Assembly: GCF_036321535.1 (NCBI RefSeq)
Contig: NC_087436.1
Coordinates: forward strand, 121,026,001 to 121,090,000
Source: Camelus dromedarius
Taxonomy: Eukaryota
DNA: 64,000 nt
Direction: 5' to 3'
Position numbers and translations under genes: made by a program. Positions 51,101 through 62,356 of the stretch are shown in pieces. The notes under the pieces were generated by a model, which was not told where the DNA came from, did not search any database, and was given only the letters and a program-made list of their open reading frames with translations. The number at the start of each line of letters is the position of its first letter. The stretch's first letter is position 1.

Positions 51101-52821
51101 CACGGCGAAGGGAAGTGCAGCGTTCACTGCGGGGCACAGATGGGGCGTCTGGAACGGCCGGTGCTCCAGAGGCCCCGACCCCGGGGTGGGTTTCAGGAAA
51201 GCGTTTTAAAGGCCAAGTGAGGGTGGGCATCCAGGGTGCGTTTTCAGCTCGTGGGCAATTCTCTGAGTGGTTGCTGGCAGGTCACAGGGCGGGGTCACGG
51301 GGTTAGCATGACCATCCTCAGGCGCCAGTGGGTCTGGGGGCCACGCGCTCGGTCGTCAGCAGACGCTTCCTGCCACTTGGTGGGGGTTTAGCGTCTTCAA
51401 CGCGCAGGTACTACTATCTACGCACTTCAGGGAGGAGCTGCCGCAGAGGGTCTGTCCCGGGAAGGGTCCTGCTCAGTTACACAACCGCAGGGCGGGGACC
51501 TGGCTGCTGTCACTGGGTCGGAACCAGCACGCCCACCTGCCACCCCAGCCTTCCCTCACCTCCTGGGAGAGACCATTCAGCACCTTTCCTGTTTTTATTT
51601 TCTGTCTTGATAAAAAGAGGGCTGTGATCCCCCTGCTGCGGGACACACAGGCTGATGGGACTGCTGTCCCTGCTGACACAAAGCTGCGTGCACGGACTCA
51701 AGACTGCCCCGCACTGCTCATTCCCGACCCCTCGCACAGGTCCGCCTGCACCACGCACCCCCCAGGTGCTCTCCAGACCCTGCATCAGTTGCCAGGCATG
51801 TATCCCCGCATCTCACACACCCATCTTGGCTGATCAAGGGCCCACGTGGCCTCCCCCTCCTCTTTCAGACACCTCTCCACAAGCTCCCGGTCGACGAGTG
51901 GCCGTCCTGGATTCCAGCCCCCACACCCTCCCCACCAGCAGTAGCTTGAGAACCAACAGGCCCAGGTCAAATCCTTCCCCAGCGGCTACCTTCTCAGAGC
52001 CTCGCGGTCGTGTGGATAAACAGGCTAATGAGGGCTCGTGCTCACCAGGCCAGCTGGGGACACAGGCACAGCCGGCCCAGTGGGGACACACCTTTACCCC
52101 CTGGAAGCTCTGAGGACAGTCTTCCAAGCTCTGGGCTCCCACTGCCCTGGAGCCTCCTCCCACAGCTGGGTCCACAATACGTCCAGCAGCTCCTGACCCC
52201 AGGACAGTCCAGCACCCTCGCTCCATCAGAATCACCCTGAGAGCTCCCAGGGAAAAGGCCAAGTGCCCGGACGCACGTGGATGCAAGACACTCCTCTCAG
52301 CACCGGCCAGCGTACCTGCCCAGCCTTGGCTTCCAGCCTCACACACAAACAAGGAGAGAGGAAGTCACTCTCCGCAGTGGGGCCCTCAGGGAACCAGGAA
52401 ATCAAGACATTGGGCATGCGGAGACCCAGTGAGACAGAAGCCCTGGGTCCCCATCCCAACCATGCATGAGCTGGGGGACTAGGGAACGAACCTCTCTGAC
52501 CCTCTGTCTCCTCTTCCATAAAATGAGACTTTAATACCCACTTCCTAGGGCTGAGGAACAGGTGAAACTGGACAGTGTGTGAGGCCCTAGGACAGGGCTG
52601 GAAACTTGCTCGGTTTCCAGGAGGGCCACTCCGGCCAGCCTCCACCCCTTGCCTACAGGAGGCCCCTGCTACAGGGCACTTTGTGGGCATTTGTGGCAGT
52701 GATAGAAGCAGGTCTCCTCCTCCTCCCGAGCCCCCAGCTGGACCACATGCCCTGACCCCCTTGCAGCTAAGACTGGCCACATGGCTGAGCTCAACCAGTG
52801 GGGGTGAGGGAGCAGGTACGC

Positions 52822-53245
52822 TGTTATGAACTGAATTGTGTCCCTGAAAAATTTGGAGGTGGAAGTCCCAAACCCAAGCACCGCAGAACGTGGCCTGTTT
52901 GGCAGCAGGGGCGTCACAGACATAATCAGCTGAGCCGAGGTCGTCAGGGTGAGCTCTGATCCAACTGACGTCTGTAAACGGGGCATTTGCACAGGCGGCA
53001 CGCACACCGGGAGAAGGCCCGTGAGGGCAGAGGGAGCGCGAGGTGATGTGTCTAGAAGCCAAAGAACAAGAAGGCTATGGCCAGCAAACCCCGAGCAGCT
53101 GGGAGAGGGGCCTGGAGCAGATTCCCCCTCAGCCTCAGGAGCCGGCCTGCTCCTTGATCTCGGGCTCCGGCCTCCAGAAACCAGAGACGGTCAATGTTGA
53201 ACCGCCAGCCCGTGGTCCTTCGATTCAGTACAGCAGCCCGAGCCT
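52822..53245 (+). mobile_element. MaLR solo LTR (MLT1B/C-like)
   Basis: TGTTATGAACTGAATTGTGTCCC...AAGCCAAAGAAC...GGCCAGCAAACC...GGAGCAGATTCCCCCTCAGCCTCAG...GGCCTCCAGAA. Confidence 0.85.
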
Positions 53246-54799
53246 CCACGACCACCTTGGGGGGATGTTGGGAAGATGGCCAGGCCACCATCTGCCTGGC
53301 CCATGAGCCCCCTGCCACCTCCCTCTCACTGGCAATCAACCACCACCTGGGGGTCCTTGACATCAAGCGTTTGGGTTCCCTCACAGGTGCCGATCCCTCC
53401 CACCCAAGTGCCCCGGAGAGGCCTGGCCCCAGGGAGCCTCCACCTGCTGTGAGAGAGGGGTGTGGGATGAAACAGAGGCCCCCACTCAGAAAGCAAAGAG
53501 TCAGCTCAGAGCTGGCTGGGCAGGGGGTCGGCCACCGTCACTGCACTTGGCAGAGACGCAGGTGGAGGAGTGGGGCGCTTCCCAGGGGAGAAGAGGGGGC
53601 TCAGGGTGCCTGGTGGGGGCTGGGGGCCTCGGGGGACCTGGCTACCAGAAGAGGGGCAACCCAGGTGACTGGCCAGGGGCAGATTGGGCCTTCTGGGGTC
53701 TGAGTTGGAAGCAGGATGATTAGGGACGTTGTCCGTTACTGGTCAGGTCCTGGCTGATTGTCACAGGGGTTGCTGTCCGGCTCCTGGGGTGTTGCTGGAG
53801 ACAGGAGCCTGACCTCGCGCGAGCCTGACTCACAGCAGGCTGGCTCCCTAGGCGCGGCTGCGGGCTGCGGGTCAGCGCTCTGCCTTCATACGGTCTGGCC
53901 GTTGTTTGTCTGCATAGTCAGTCTCCCAGCGAGGCAGGTGAGACTTTAAACAACCTGCTGGCCGCTGGGCATCCGCCCTCCTGGGGGCAAGCACGCCCAG
54001 GTGCGTTGGGCCTGGACCATGTTTCGCTGGGAACAGACAACCCCGGAGACCTCCCAAGTTAAGTCAGGCGCTCAGCCAGCCCCTCCCTCAGGAAGCCCCC
54101 TGCCGCACCGCTTTAGGCGGGAGATCCTGGCCTCCCGAGGGTCCCGAGATGATCACAACATGGCCCTGAGACCCCTCACACCCCATCCTGTGGGATTTGT
54201 GGGCAGACCAGAGGGGCGTGGCAGGAAAAGCTGCTCATTCCACCTCATCATGGGAAAAGAAGAAACTGGCTGCAGGAGGCAGCAGAAACCATGACCCGGG
54301 TGAGGGCATAGCTGGTGAAAAGGTCCTGAGGTTTGATGCTAGAGGCAGTTAAGAGTGGCTCACCACTGCTGGGGGCGAGGGAGCAGGGGAGGCAGGAGGT
54401 GAGAGGTCAGGCAATCATGTTCCGAGAGACGCTGAACATCTTCATGTTCAGGTGCGTGGCAGTTATCAGAAAAAATCACCAGAGAATCACCAAACAACAA
54501 TCAGCAAATAAGAGAATTCAGTGAGGACAAGGGATGCCGGGAGGAAGGAGCCCGGCATAACCGAAGTCAGGGGATGAGCGTCCGGGTTCCGGGGAGCAGT
54601 GGGGACCAGCGCTCCAGATGACCACTGGGCCGGAGAGGGGGTGTGAGGCTCTCTGTCTGGCCTTGCCACAGGTAAGCAGGGGCGTCGTGGTGTCCTCGAA
54701 GCCACATGGGGCAGGGGCTGTTTTCTGGAACGCAGGCTAGGAGATTGCTCACCCTTTGCAGGCTTCAGGTGCCCCGGGCTCAGTACGCATCAGCATTGT

Positions 54800-55560
54800 C
54801 AGAAAATTGGGTAAAGCATCTGGAAAAGAAAAATTGGATCTGGACTTGAGCATCCCCTCAAATAAGCACCAGTGGATTGGGGCGACATGTGACACAGGGA
54901 GCGACACAACTGCCTGGGAAATTTGTGGTGAATTCCTTGTGACCTAAGGGCGGGAAGTGCCCTCCTCACTATGACTCGAAGCCAGAGCAGCACAGGGAGG
55001 TCTGGGGACCCCACGATGCAGCCTGAACACACGCACATGGAGCACTAGGGCATCGGCAACGTCAAACACACGAGCACGAAGCGCGGAGAAACCGTTACAA
55101 TCCGTGTCACAGGCAAGGGGCTGGCCCTCCCGCAGCAGGGCTCCTAATGGAGCCGCGAGGGCAGGGCCCGACCTGGCCCAGAAGGAGGGGAGAGCGCAGG
55201 GCGTGAGCAGGCAGGCCGTAGGAAGACGTGCACAGACAGGCAGAGGCCCCCACACACACACAAATGGGCTGAGCCTCTCTTATCATCAGAGAAGTGCAAA
55301 TAGACCACCCGGAGACCCCGCCTCTTCCGCAGCGGAGCGCTGACGCCCAGAGGGGCCGGGGCGGGCGGTGGGCTGAGGGGCAGGCAGCCCCGCCCGCTGC
55401 CGGAGGGGGGCAGAACGGTGCCGCACTGGAGGGCAGCTGAGCAGCAAATGACAAAAGCACAGCTGCTTTTCCCTGTAGGCTCAGCCATCTCAGATCCGTC
55501 CCAAAGACACCCTCCTGGAGCGCGGAATCGCACACACACAGAGGGCACTCATCAGGGCGG
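54800..55560 (+). mobile_element. Ancient L1 ORF2 C-terminal fragment, heavily GC-shifted
   Basis: ATCTGGAAAAGAAAAATTGGATC, TTCCTTGTGACCTAAGGGCGGGAAG..CCTCACTATGACTCGAAGCCAGA and TCATCAGAGAAGTGCAAAT occur in L1 order. Confidence 0.65.
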
Positions 55561-56429
55561 TAGTAGCGCTGTCACGCCGCGGGGCCTCCCCACCGCCCTC
55601 CCTCAGGGGCCGGCTGGATGAAGCGAGGTCCACCTCCACGGCGGGCACCAGGCAGTCCCAGGGAGGAGGAGACCTCTGAGTTCTCAGGGGTGTGCTGGTC
55701 ATGGGAAAACGAGGCACGGACGGGGGCATGCAGCTCACTGCCTTCTGTAAAAGGAAAGCCTGTGTGGCGCTCTGCTTCTGCAGGACAGAGAGGCGGGACC
55801 CCAGCGGGCCTCCTGCCGTGCGGTGGGGCCGGGGCGCAGCGCAAGCGGCGTTCGCAGACAGCAGGCAGCAGGCCAGGCAGGGCTGTGTGCTGAGAGGGAT
55901 GCTGGGTGGCCCCACGTCCCCCCTGCTTTCTGCCCAGAGGCGATTTCCAACCACAGGCTGGGGGGTGGAGCCCAAGATAGCCTGGGGGTTCTCGCCGGGC
56001 TCTGCTAGAGTCTGGGGAGTTTGCGGCGTTTGCGGCAGCTGGAATCTGTGGGGCAGACGAGGAAGCTGGTGGGAAGGAGATTCAGATGGGTGTGGGGGGG
56101 CCCCTGAAGTCTTCTAAACTCCAAGCCGCCATGTGCAGGGCCAGGCGTGGCGGGGCAGGACGGAGGCCAGGCCCTGGGGACCTGGGGGCTGAGGGCAGAG
56201 TCTGGGGGCAGCACAGGGCTGGGAACTGCCTGTGTCCCACCCAGTCAGGCTGGGAGGAAGGGCCAGGCGCTAAGAGTAGACTGCACAGCCCTAGAACATG
56301 GGCCAGGCCGGAGCCACCCCAGCAAAGCTCAGAAACAAGCCCGGAAGGACCCACCACTGAGATCACTGCTGGCCGGGGCGCTTTTTCAACAGTCCACGCC
56401 CAGCCAGGTCTTAAAAACATATGTCGTAA

Positions 56430-57175
56430 ATGTGTGGACGCAGCCTAAGTGCCCATCGACAGACGCCTGGGTAAAGCACGCGTGGCACACGTATGCAGTG
56501 CACGTGGCATATATACACTCGGCCATAAACAGAGAATGAAGTGATGCCATCTGCAGTAATGTGGCGGACCCAGAGATGGTCACACTCAGTGAAGTGAGTC
56601 AGACCGAGACAAATGCCGTATCAGATGATGCCATTTACATGTGGGATCTAAAAAAGGACACAAATAAGCTTATTTACAAGACAGAAACAGACTCACAGAC
56701 ATAGAAAACAAACGCAAGGCTACCAAAGGGGAAAGGGGTGGGGAGGGATTAAACTGGGAGTCCAGGGTTAGCAGATACAAACTAGTATATACAAAAATAA
56801 AGAGAAAGAAAAATATTGTATGATATCACTCACATGAGGAATCTAAAAAAAGAGAGAAAGAAAAAGAGGACACTAATGAACTCATCTACAAAACAGAAAC
56901 GGACTCGCAGACACAGTAAACAACCTTATGGTTACTGGGGAGAGGGGGTGGGAGGGCATAAACTTGGGAGTTTGAGATTTGCAAATGTTAACCACTATAT
57001 ATATAAATAGATTTTAAAAAACAAATTTATTCTGTACAGCACAGGGAACTATAGTCAATCTCTTGTGGTAACCTATAATGAAAATGAACATATATACATA
57101 CGTATAAATAAATGACCGCTGTACACCTGAAACTAACACAACATTGTAAATCAACTGTACTTCAAGTTTTAAAGA
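56430..57175 (+). mobile_element. Two cetartiodactyl-type L1 3' ends in tandem
   Basis: The ORF2-end/UTR block (...GATCTAAAAAA...ACAGAAACAGACTCACAGACATAG...GGGAGGG..TAAA) appears twice (56640-56790 and 56800-57010), followed by one terminal GCTGTACACCTGAAACTAACACAACATTGTAAATCAACT. Confidence 0.88.
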
Positions 57176-57589
57176 TGGGAAGAAAAAAACATATAAGCTT
57201 AAGGAAACCCTCTAAAAAGTTTTTCTAAAAAGGTTTAAATACGTCAATAGAAGCGCCATAGTGGAGTAATTTCTTTAAATGTTCTAGCAAAAGACAGAAT
57301 GCAGGAAAAGCAGAGGGGAAAGACAAAAACAACAAATGTGGTAAACATCCTCTCATGCGTGCCCACTGAAACACAGCCTCCCTTATGGAAAATAAAAGGT
57401 AAATTTCACTTGTGAAGGACTCACACCTAACTTCCCATGCACAGAAAAGACCAGAGGCACAGGAACACGCTGAACACCACCAAGGGGAACGGCCCAGGGC
57501 GGGACGTGGCCCTCACCCACGGCAGCTGACCCAGCCCTTCAGAATGAATGTGTAGAGGAACTGCGGCTCTAATGTAAAAGCTCCCCCCT

Positions 57590-58005
57590 GGGGGGATGTT
57601 TCCAGGTTAAAAGGCACCAAAGAGACAAGCAAGGGATGCAATGCACGGAACTCGGTTGGATCTTGGGTCAAACTAACAGATACAAAACAGATTTGGGGGG
57701 ACATGCTGGACGCTTTTAATCTGGACAGGGTCATAGATGTTATTTGAGGATTGATTGTTAATTTTCTTAGGTGTGATTGTGGTACTGGGGTTCTGTAGGC
57801 AATGTCCTTATTAGGGTTAAGTGTCATGATGTCTGCAACTTACATCGAAATGTTCAGCCAAAAACGAAAGGCGGGAAGGAGAGAAAGAACGTGTACGCAG
57901 TATGTTGATAACTGTTGAACCCAGGTGAGGAGGAAGCAGGTGTTCACGGCGCTAATCTTCCATAGTATCCTTCCATTATGAAAATCTTCATAGTTGAGAA
58001 AAAAT
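57590..58005 (+). mobile_element. Old L1 3' UTR (L1MC/L1ME-like)
   Basis: TTCCAGGTTAAAAGGCACCAAAGAGACA...ATGCAATGCA...TGTTAATTTTCTTAGGTGTGAT...ATGATGTCTGCAACTTAC...GATAACTGTTGAA. Confidence 0.75.
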
Positions 58006-58759
58006 CCTGCAGTTACGCACAAATCAGACTTCCAGGAGGCGCAGCCATCTGGTGCGCAGGCACGCGCCCAGAAGTGAGCGAGAAGTCAGCGGCCACCACG
58101 GCCAGCACCACGGCCAGCACCAGGCACGCTGGGCCGCGTCTGCCACGGTGGGAGTTTACTGGCTGAGCCCCAGCACCCACGCCCCCTGCCCATCTGCTCT
58201 GGTTTCCGTCTGAGGACCCACTTGGCTTGCGGGAAGCTGACTCCACCCTGATCCTCCAACATCAGAAACTGGTCCAAGGGTGCTCAGGTGGTCTAAGTCA
58301 ACTCGGTCAGGTCAGAGAGGGCGTGAATAAACAGCCAAAGCCTCAGGAGTCGTGGGCAAACCGCACAAGAGCATGAGGGGAGCCTGCCCAGGACAAGCCA
58401 CGCCTGCAGAAGCAGCATGCAGAGGCTGAGGACTGGGTCTTTGGTGACACCCTGGAGCTACCAGAGCACACCCCACCCTAAGCTGCTGCCGCCTGGGGTT
58501 TGGTCTGTTGTGGAAGCTGACAGATTCACGTAGGTTGCGTTTCTGTTGCTTGCAATGTAAAGCATTCTTCCATGCTGCACAATTCTAGAGCAGAGTCCTT
58601 CAGGCCCCCCAGTGACATCCTTAAATCAGTAAACAGCACTGCATCTTGCTTCCCAGAACTCAGGAGTGTAGACCCTAAAAATTAGGAGAGGGGAGGGCTG
58701 GCAGGCAGGCATGACAACAGCATGGAACAGCGAGAACTGGCAGTCCGCAAGCAGACGGG

Positions 58760-59175
58760 CTCGTCACAAAGCAGGAAGCCCAGGTGCTCACCCTCGTGCC
58801 AACCAGGGAAATGCAGGTGCAAACCACAGCGAGACGCCACCTCACAGCTGCCAGGCGGGCAAAAGTTCAAAACTAGGATAATATCAAGGGCCGGCAAGGA
58901 TGTGCAATGCCTAGAATGCTTAGGCACTACTGGGAGGAGAGTAAATCTGCAGAACGCACTTTAGAAAGCACTTTAGCACATACACACCCATGTATACGTG
59001 TACATACGTGTGTGTACATGTTGTAGTGTGTGTATGTGTGTACGTGTATGTGTCTAGATATATATACACACATATATGGCAAAATATTAACAAATCTAAT
59101 TGGAGGGCGTACAAGTGTTCATTGTCTATTCTTTCAAATTTCTCTTTGCTTGAAAATCGTCAAAAATAAGCCCAG
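58760..59175 (+). mobile_element. Old L1 fragments with an internal purine-pyrimidine (TA/TG/CA) tract
   Basis: CAGGGAAATGCAGGTGCAAACCACAGCGAGACGCCACCTCAC...GGCAAGGATGTG (ORF2 C-terminus); RY tract 58978-59075; L1ME-like end ATGGCAAAATATTAACAA. Confidence 0.65.
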
Positions 59176-59443
59176 GGAAAATAAACTAAAAGAAGGCAAG
59201 AAAGAAGGAAAAATATACAGAATCAGCGGCCAAATAGAAAGTGCAAAATAGAATAGAAGCTTCCAACACAAATGTATCAAGACATGCATTAAACACAAGT
59301 GGACTAAGCGCTCTAGTTAAAAGCCAGCATTACAGGCTGAACACCATTGCCCAGAGTTGTCTGCGGGGTGAGCCAACACGCGGAGGACCCTGCGTGTGGC
59401 GTATCCTGGGAGGGTTCTCCCCAAAACAACTAGGAAAACAAAG

Positions 59444-59768
59444 CCAGGGGGCCCATACACGGAGGACACCCACAGAGCTCGCACCAGGGGGCCCGTACAC
59501 GGGGGGACACCCTCGGAGCTCGCACCAGGGGGCCCGTACGCGGGGGACACCCTCGGAGCTCGCACCAGGGGGCCCGTACGCGGGGGACACCCTCGGAGCT
59601 CGCACCAGGGGGCCCGTACGCGGGGGACACCCTCGGAGCTCGCACCAGGGGGCCCGTACGCGGGGGACACCCTCGGAGCTCACACCAGGGGGCCCGTACG
59701 CGGGGGACACCCTCGGAGCTCGCACCAGGGGGCCCGTACACGGGGGACACCCACAGAGCTCGCACCAG
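59444..59768. repeat. CpG-rich minisatellite (VNTR), 40-bp unit, about 8 copies
   Basis: Unit CGCACCAGGGGGCCCGTACGCGGGGGACACCCTCGGAGCT starts at 59480 (41 bp), 59521, 59561, 59601, 59641, 59681, 59721, with partial copies at 59444 and 59761; central copies are identical. Confidence 0.98.
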
Positions 59769-60478
59769 CCTGGTGCACCCCAAAACCCCACCCCGAGGGC
59801 ATCCTGGGAGGGGGGCCACCGCATCACACTAGCAACGCCCGAGGGAAGCAGTGCGAGGCCAGGCGTTCCCTCCCCTGGGCTGGGCCAGGGCTCTCCCCGC
59901 TGTGGACAAGCCATGTGGGAGGAAACCCGGGAGCCGGAGTCAGGCAGGAAGCTGGCGCACACAGGGAGAGGCAGGCTGCAGCGGCCAGGTGCCCACCTCC
60001 AAGCCCAGGGGGGGCAGCAGGGGTGGCAGGGTGGAGAGCCCTCCCTGCACCACCAGGGGCAGCTGTCACCTCTCCCTTGTCCTGGATCCTAGCCGTCCTG
60101 AGACTGGGAAGTCCCTCTGGAAAGACACTTTGCTCCGTTTCCTCTTCATTTTCCAAGTCATGCAGGCCCCTCCTCCACTCCTCACCTCTGTGGTTCTTCA
60201 TGCCATCCCTTCCCTGTGGCCCTGGAAAAGCCCCCCCACCCAAGACAGGGCTCAGGGTCAAAGGCCAGGGACAAACAGACATCTGTAGAATGCAGCCTTG
60301 GTCGCTTCTGCCTGGAAATTCAGCTGGGAGTCCACACCTGGAGCGCAGGTGTCCTGGGGCTGGCCAGTGACAGCCACCTTGGCTCCAGCAGGTTTGCTGG
60401 ATACGGAGCAAATTAAAAACACCTACTGTATTGCGATCTACCAGCAACACTTAGAAAACGAAATTGTTTACAAGATGC

Positions 60479-61225
60479 TGTGTCAGGTTCTCCAGGAAAC
60501 AGAAGCGACAAGAAGTGTGTATGTACAAATCTTCCTTGGCTGACAAGGAGGTCACGTCCCAGTAAACCCACTGTAAGTGAAAAGGCATCAGCTGAAGATG
60601 CGTTTTGCAGCCTCGCCCGCCGAGCATCACAGGCCCCCGCCCAGCCCACCTCAAAGGTGCGCAGAGCACTCCCTTGGGCCCGCAGCTGGGCAGAGCGCCT
60701 CGCGCGAAGCCTGTTTCACAGTGGAGTGCTGGCTAGCCCGTGCAATTTACTGAGCACTGTGCTGGAGGTGAAATCCAGAACAGGTGTGAGTGTTTGGGTT
60801 GGCTACCCCACGGTCTCGGGGCTGCCCGGTATCACAAGGTAGGACTGAACCAAACGCAGAAAAACCGTAAGTCAAACCATTGTAAGTCAGGCATCGCCTA
60901 TAACGAATGATTTATTTCAAGGACTGGCTCACGCGATGGTGGAGGTTTGTGAGTCCAGGGTCACAGGGGTGGGCAGCAGGCTGGAAACTCAGGGAGGAGC
61001 TGGAGTTCAGGTCCCAAGGCAGCTCAGACAGCCCTCTTCCTGGGGGAGGACCGTTCTGACTGACTGCATGAGGTCCCCCCACATGATGGAGAGTAACCTG
61101 CTTCACCCCAAATCCGCCACTGAAGATGTCAATCTCACCCAAAAAAAGCGCCATCGCAGGCACATCCGGACCAGACACCCGGGCATGCGGCCCAGGCAAG
61201 TCGACACATAAAATTAACCATCACA
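60479..61225 (-). mobile_element. ERVL solo LTR (MLT2A/B-like) split by MER47
   Basis: Left arm GTCAGGTTCTCCAGGAAACAGAA; right arm GATTTATTTCAAGGACTGGCTCACGCGATGGTGGAGG...AAGTCGACACATAAAATTAACCATCACA, the reverse complement of the MLT2 5' end TGTGATGGTTAATTTTATGTGTC. Confidence 0.88.
60526..60900 (+). mobile_element. MER47 (Tigger5-derived Tc1/mariner MITE)
   Basis: Flanked by TA (60524-60525, 60901-60902); GTCACGTCCCAGTAAACCCACTGTAAGT at the left end and CGTAAGTCAAACCATTGTAAGTCAGG at the right end match the recalled MER47 termini. Confidence 0.85.
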
Positions 61226-61402
61226 GAGACCATTTACAGTAATACTGAAAACATGAAATCCCTGGGAATAAACCTAAGGAAATATGTCAAAGAGAAACAG
61301 AACGAAAATTGCATATCATTAAAGGAAACCTAAATGATTGGAGAGAGAAAACAGGTATGTTTTTCAAACAAACATGTATGTTAATTAGAAGTCCCCAAAA
61401 TA

Positions 61403-61555
61403 AGGGGAGAGGGTGTATAGCTCAGGGGTAGAGCGCGTGCTTAGCATGTGCGAGGTCCTGGGGTCAATCCCCGGTGCCCCCATTAATAAATAAATAAACA
61501 AGCCTAACTACTCCCCTCTCCAAAATAAATCAATTAATTTAATTTAATTAATTTT
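61403..61555 (+). mobile_element. tRNA-Ala-derived SINE (camelid Vic-1-like)
   Basis: Head TAGCTCAGGGGTAGAGCGCGTGCTTAGCATGTGCGAGGTCCTGGGGTCAATCCCCGGTGCC, same body as the 12300 copy, AT-rich tail; 14-bp TSD AAGTCCCCAAAATA (61389-61402) / AAGTCCCCAAGATA (61556-61569). Confidence 0.9.
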
Positions 61556-62132
61556 AAGTCCCCAAGATATTATGACAATACCAATTTCCCCACAAAATGA
61601 CCTGTAGACTCGATGCAATGCCAATCCCAGGCTCGTGTGTGTGACAGTGCGTGCGTGTGCATACAGAACTTGACAGTCTGATTCTAAAATTTCCATGGAA
61701 TCACAAAGCGCCAAGAACAGCCAAGATACTCGTGAGGAATACCAGGGTAGGAGGACCTGCCTGCCCTACCAGACCCCAACATTTCCTTTAAAACTATAAT
61801 AAAGCCACCGGCCAGGAGCCGGTGCGGGGGTTCCGTGGGCACTGGGGGAGCACAGCCTCGCCCGTTTGCTGGAGAAGCCCGGGGACCAGTGGAGCAAGGC
61901 CAGGCCTTTCCTGACCATCAGGTGGAGACCGGATTATCCACAGAGGAAAGAATATTAATCGGATGCCTGTTTCACACTGTCCACAAAAATCAACGCCAGG
62001 AAGAGAGTAAGTCATAAATTAAAAGCGATACCAGGTGGATGAAAGGCTGAAGCGCGGGCGGTAAGCTCACAGATCTTCCGGAAAGACACGGGGGGGACAG
62101 TCTGGTGACTCCAGGGCTGGGAGAAACTTCTC

Positions 62133-62356
62133 TCTTCTTTTTTTTTAATTTGTGTTCTTTTTTATTGAAGTACAGTCAGTTTACAATGTTGTGTCAATTT
62201 CCGGTGTACAGCACCATGTTTCAGTCACACACATACACGCACACACTCCTCATTTTAAGTTACTACAGTATATTGAATATAGTTCCCTGTGCTATACGGT
62301 AGGACCTTCTTCTTTATCTATTTTATACATAGTAGATCGTATCTGTGTATCTCAAG
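62133..62356 (-). mobile_element. Short antisense cetartiodactyl-type L1 3' end
   Basis: T-tail, then TTATTGAAGTACAGTCAGTTTACAATGTTGTGTCAATTTCCGGTGTACAGC...ATTGAATATAGTTCCCTGTGCTATACGGTAGG, the reverse complement of the UTR seen at 24330-24480 and 57030-57165. Confidence 0.9.

Noticed and set aside
59444..59768. Possible CRISPR array
   Set aside because: Head-to-tail repeats with no unique spacers, no cas genes and a mammalian context; it is a minisatellite.
59241..60370. Repetitive-peptide ORFs (TPSELAPGGPYAGDTLGARTRGPVRGGHPRSSHQGARTRG)n
   Set aside because: Artefact of a stop-free 40-bp tandem unit; because 40 is not a multiple of 3 the same peptide cycles through all frames.
61403..61482. 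tRNA-Ala(AGC) gene (likewise 12300-12375)
   Set aside because: Imperfect stems, an altered B box (GGGGTCAATCC here), no oligo-T terminator, and a shared downstream body, A-rich tail and TSDs mark both as SINE heads.
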